From NCBI GenBank assembly GCA_000165425.1, contig CT867993.1, positions 248,001-302,836 on the forward strand: a stretch of 54,836 nt of DNA, read 5' to 3'. A model generated the notes under the pieces. It did no database searches and was not told the DNA's origin. It saw only the letters and a program-made list of their open reading frames with translations. Positions 49,401 to 54,836 of the stretch are shown in pieces. The translations under genes were made by a program, and so were the position numbers. Each line of letters begins with the position of its first letter. Within the stretch, counting starts at the first letter, position 1. Source of the DNA: Paramecium tetraurelia. Lineage: Eukaryota.

Positions 49401-50405
49401 AGGTGTTTTCATTTTTCTGTATTATGGAGTTGTACATGGAAAATGTGATATATCTTCATATTATAATTTAGGCTTTTTTTAAAGTCTACTTGAAATATTA
49501 TGTGTTATTTTAACAGGATGTGGTGCCGCTTTCATTGATTGATGAAATAATAGCACAAAATAATCTTATAGAAGATATTTCTTTAATGCTCTTGTGATTA
49601 ATGTACTGTGTATTTTATTGCTGATTATGCATGTAGCCGCATACTTAAATCAAGAAGCAATGATTAGTGCATTAATCTCATTTATAAAAATACTTAAAAA
49701 CGGGGATTTCAACCTTATTATTAAGTCTCTGTCTCCTTTATGCAATAAATATTTTCAGCTCTAATAGACTTCGATTGGATCTAATAAGGATACATTAAAT
49801 TTGATCAGTTTGCTCTATGTAGCAAATAACTGGTTATTTCTGTTTAGAATATATCACATCAACTGTTGCTTAAGGTATGTTTAGAGTTTCGAAATGTATA
49901 TCAATATCTAATTGTTATTATTCCTAACCATGTTAAAAACTTATACTGGCAGCCTCTCAAGTACTAGAGCTCATCTGTCTACCATCCTTATGCTTTTGTT
50001 AACGATGGCAATTACAAATACTTCAAACACGTTTGAACATGCACACCATAATTCAAATCTCTTAAAGTTTTGAAGATTATATATTCTGATTCATGTTAAT
50101 TATGATTTGCTATTATCAACTAGAAACAAAAAATAATGGTTTGCGATTTGAAAACATGCAAGCAATGGACTTAATATTAAGATTTGCGTTTTACGCTTAC
50201 TTCTTGTTTCTTATATTGGATGATGATTAAAATATTATATAAGTAGCGGCGTCTACTGAAACATATTCTACAGTTTAGAATTCTCACCTGATAAAATTTT
50301 ATTGCTACAACTCAAGATGCTGTAAACGGCTTGTCCTTCAATGATTATTTTGTTGCTTCTTTATTCAAAACGATATTTGAATGCTTTTAATTTAAAATGG
50401 AAATG

Positions 50406-50513
50406 TGGGTTTGGGGTTTGGGTTTGGGTTTAGGTTTGGGTTTGGGTTTGGGGTTGGGGTTGGGGTTGGGTTAAGGGTTGGGTTTGGGGTTGGGGTTGGG
50501 GTTGGGGTTGGGG
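50406..50513 (+). repeat. Paramecium telomeric repeats (mixed G3T3 / G4T2)
   Basis: TGGGTTTGGGG TTTGGG TTTGGG ... TTGGGG TTGGGG, ~18 units, G-rich strand running 5'->3' away from the gene block, as expected at a right chromosome end. Confidence 0.95.
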
Positions 50514-50519
50514 CTTCCA

Positions 50520-50669
50520 NNNNNNNNNNNNNNNNNNNNNNNNNNNNNNNNNNNNNNNNNNNNNNNNNNNNNNNNNNNNNNNNNNNNNNNNNNNNNNNNN
50601 NNNNNNNNNNNNNNNNNNNNNNNNNNNNNNNNNNNNNNNNNNNNNNNNNNNNNNNNNNNNNNNNNNNNN
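50520..50669. other. Assembly gap (150 N)
   Basis: Run of 150 N directly after the telomere tract. Confidence 0.99.
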
Positions 50670-53600
50670 CATATAAAGATTTTTAACTTGGTTTCCCCTT
50701 CTTTTCAAAATTGAAGAACTTAACCCAACAATTTAAAAATCTGTTTATTTTCAAATCAGTTACCTTTTCTGTTATACAATTTTCATATATTATCGATTCC
50801 AGAAATAATATTTTCAGAAATGAAATCATGGTTTGCGTTATTTGTAATTAAATTAAATTTGGAGTAAAAAGTAAATTGTTCAAATGATTGGAAACCATTC
50901 TTACGTAAGATACCAACATCTTAAGGAAAATTTATTTAATCTTATTATCTAAGAGAGATATTTAAAATTATTTGGATAACTTTTTACAAAAAATTTGTTA
51001 ATCATTATTAAAATTTAATTAAAGAATGAATTTATCATAGATATTCTGTATAATCGGCTTTATTTGAATATTTTTAAGCATTTTTGTAAATGAATGTTTT
51101 TGTTGAATTTCATGAAGTTTATTATTATTAATATCAAAATATTATCTAATTTGGATGTTTATAGATTAAAAATCATATATTTGATAGCATTTCAACCTTT
51201 AGTCCATTTTGATGCATGCATAAATTAGTAAAGCCCTCTACTAAAACTTTCATTTTATATTGTGCTCTTAGTTTTGAATGAACTTTAATAATTATTGAAA
51301 ATATTGAATCGATTATTTTTAAATTAGAACATTTTTAAATTCATTCAACTAAAATTAATAGTAAGTAAAAAAAGATATTTCAGATAAAAATTAAAACTCA
51401 TATTCATTATTGAACGAGGGAATTCATAAATTCTTCCACAACAGGATATTCTTTTCATAAATCATAACTGAAAATTATCTATTTTTTTAACAATTTATTT
51501 TATATATATTTTTAATAATATTATGAAATAAGCATTTTTCACTGTAAACAAGAAAATTAATTTTATATATCATTAAGATAAATCGAATTATAAACATACA
51601 TTGAGAATGAAAATTTTATTTATATATATTTATGTATGTTATGAATTTATTACTAAACTCATATTGCTCTAATGAATGCTTAATACCAGAGTTTTTATCT
51701 TAAGCTTAATATTTTTGTTAACTTTAGTGAAAACTCATACTAAGTGATAAACAGCTGGATAAAAAAATAGAGCTAAAACTAGATTCCTTATATTTAATCT
51801 AAATAATCCCCTCAAAAATAAAGAAGGTAATAATGTAGGTGAGGAAAAAAGGATGAATTTAATCCTCATTTTTAGGAAGATTACTAGTATTTAAGCTCTA
51901 TCTATCATCAAATAATATGATTCAAAATGATTTCATTTAAAAAATTAAGACTCTTTTTCCAACCTAGAAAATATACTTCATCATTTTTCCAACCTAATTC
52001 CCTAAACTTATAGAATTGATTATATCCAAAACGTTCTTTAATAGTACTGACTAACTTTTTATTTTTTTATTAAAGCTCATAGTGCCTAAATTACTAGGAA
52101 CAAAATTGGGGGAATATTAACTCTAATTCAGAAGTGTAAAGGATATCAAGTGTTGCTGGAGAAATTTTAACAAATATTCATATAAGACTTATCAACTTAA
52201 CTACAAGTATTTATAACTTAAAATAAGTATATCTCTTAGTAGAAAAAAGAGATAGTCAAAAAAAAAGAAGGTAAATGAATTTGATCGACAAAAGCATAAA
52301 CTTCGGCCGCATAAAACAACAAACTGATATATTAATAGAAAAAAAAACTCTTTGAAGTTTTATTCCTATAAGAATGTGAAAAAAAGAAAAATGTTTTTTA
52401 CAGTAAAATTTAAGTGATGCAAATTTCACTGTTACATACAATAATTTAGATTTTACAATGTATATTTATTGTTATAATGAGGAGGTGACTTTTAGAAATT
52501 AAAAGCATCATGTCATTAATAATAGACTACTAAAATGAATTACAGATTGAATCTGAATATCTTAATTTTAAATAAAATTAATGCATGATTTTTTATGATT
52601 GTAATTACAAGAAATTTAATTAGGATATCTTAAGAGCTGCGAAATGTTAAACTGATTATGTTTTATCAATTACAGGTTGCCACTTAAGGTTTTTGCCGAT
52701 TTAAATAAATTGTCTATTTTGGCATTACTATTTCTCTATATTATGTTTAGCTACTTAAAACATTGTATTGTAATTCATTGATCTTTTCTACAAAAATTAG
52801 AGCCATTAAAAATGGGAAGGAACACTTTTAGAAAGATATAAAGGTATGTCGCCTGATGTAATAACAAAATTAAAGGCTTCCCAAGTAGTTGGGAAACAAT
52901 ATATGAGGCCATTTTGGAGAGAAAGGAAAGGAAAATTAGTGAGAATGTTATACTTGGAGAAATATGAAGTTGATAGTGAAGAGGCAATTAAGAAGGGATG
53001 ATAAAGTGGATGGCTGATTATTGGATGCAGAGTAAGGCTAGATTTGATTCGAGATAATTTCTGTTGGAAATGATGCAGGAACTTAAGATTAAACAAGTGG
53101 ATAATGGTAATGGGCCAAGCATAATGTATTGGAAGCTCCTATTGTTATTAACTAGAAAATTGATGTGACAAAGTTTGAGGATAGCGGAAATATATTTTAA
53201 ATCTATTGTAAATAAAGATTTTATAAACTTTTAGAAAGATCAGAATGAGCAATTAGATTTTAACAGAGTGACAATACACTCTAATTTAAAACATTGAAGA
53301 ATACCTAAAGTGTCTTATAGTGATTCAACAGTGAGATGAATGCCCAAGCAGAAGATAAATTCTAGAAACTAGATGTAAGAATGGAGAAGCAAAGGAGGTG
53401 AGGTGGAGTTGAGATTCATAAAGCATAACAGAATGAAAATGATGAAAGGTTTAACACAACTAAGTAATTAGAATCTAGAGAATAGATGGTGAACTTGGAA
53501 GAAATTGGAAAGATTGAAACGCATAACCTAAGCTATTTATACTAAATAATAGCAAATGACGAAAAAAGAATTAGTTATAAATTGAAGGAAATAATTAAAA

Positions 53601-54836
53601 TGAATATTCGGGATGGAATTGTTATTGTGTTATGCAATAATCAAATACAATTAGTATGTAAGATTTTGAGTTTATACATATTTTTGATAAGTTGATACTT
53701 TAGAATATTAAGAAGTTTTTTTAAGATTGTTACTCTTTTGATAAATGCACTACTTTTGATCCACTATACTAACTAGAATTTAAATTTTCCTAAAATTTAA
53801 ACAGTTTATCGCTAAAGTAGTATTTTTATTTTAAAAGTCGGTTAAACTCATTTTGGAATATCTTTATTGAAGATAAATTAATACTCATTCTCATTTTGAA
53901 GGTATATTATTTTTCCCAAATTAATTGTATCTAATTTCTGAAGAAGTACCTTTGCACAACATTAGGTCTGACTTCAGTTTAAAGATAATTGTTTGACCTT
54001 CTAAACATAAACAAATAAAGCTTCAATTTTGCAGAGATGATATATCTGAGAATCTCTAAATTTTTCTTAATAAGTTTCTATATTTCTCTTTTCACTATTA
54101 TATCTTCCAATATGAACCTGGTTTCATAGCTCAAAATTATGGAAAATTATTTAGAGCACCTATTATGCAGGCTCAGATGGCATATTAAGTTGAGTCCTTT
54201 GAAGAAATAAGATCAATCTTAAATATTGACTGAGCGTAAACTGTACAAAAATGATTGTTGTAGAATCTTCTTAGTAAAGAGCTTTTTAGTATATAAATAT
54301 CAAAATTTGATTGATTGTTGATTTTTGTATTTCGTAATAAATTTATTCTTTCTCTGAAAATGTAGATTACCTTAATTGAGTTATTTTTAAGGGCCTCTCA
54401 TACAAAGTATAATTTAACAAGATGTAAGAAGCTATTATAATTATGATCGGTTTGTTATTTAGAGTGATCAGCTAAAAAATTAATCGGTTACGAGTTTAAA
54501 TATAATCATGGGATTGGTAATTGTTTAATAAGAAAAGAAGTGTATTTTCGTGCTTTTAAAATATTTTGTGATAGGGTAAAGACGTATTTGTTCTTTCCTA
54601 TTTAATATTAGTTTTATCAATTTACAGATAGGGTTATAACACATAGCAGTTTGAACATAACTTCTATCTGTAGAGAGTAGAGAAGATTACAGATAATTCT
54701 TGCCAGTCTATTTATTTTATACTCAAGAAACTACGTAGATGAATCATAGCAGAGGGATTGGCTCTCGCTAGAGCTAAAATTGTTAAAACATAGCCAAGAG
54801 CATCTTATATAAACAAATTAACAGTGAGAACTATCT

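Noticed and set aside
50405..50714. Gly/Val, Gly/Leu and Pro/Gln ORFs in the track
   Set aside because: Translations of telomeric repeats running into the N gap.

Overview
AT-rich ciliate macronuclear DNA, almost certainly Paramecium (aurelia group). Genes read through only with genetic code 6 (TAA/TAG=Gln, TGA=stop) and contain 22-30 nt GT..AG introns, so the supplied standard-code ORF track is fragmentary. Bases 960-32131 are a dense gene block: C2-like coiled-coil protein, BRE1-like RING ligase, two CNBD ion-channel genes (one lacking the GYG filter), an EF-hand-like protein, a ~2,570-aa IP3-receptor-type Ca2+-release channel, ANTH-like, SAM-methyltransferase, B-box and MORN genes, and a divergent CPSF73. 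At 34354-42544 lies the 8.2-kb A surface-antigen gene in IES-excised form, with four 222-bp central repeats and one extra base near 34936. Downstream is a subtelomeric zone: gene remnants, a pentapeptide + 15 x 126-bp WD40 gene with two indels, and a G3T3/G4T2 telomere tract ~7.9 kb past the A gene, followed by a 150-N gap and more degenerate DNA. This fits the known alternative chromosome-fragmentation region of the A locus. I found no clearly new biological system; the best leads are degenerate-active-site paralogs, the A-allele repeat structure and the post-telomere DNA. All family calls are from manual translation and recalled motifs; no database search was run.
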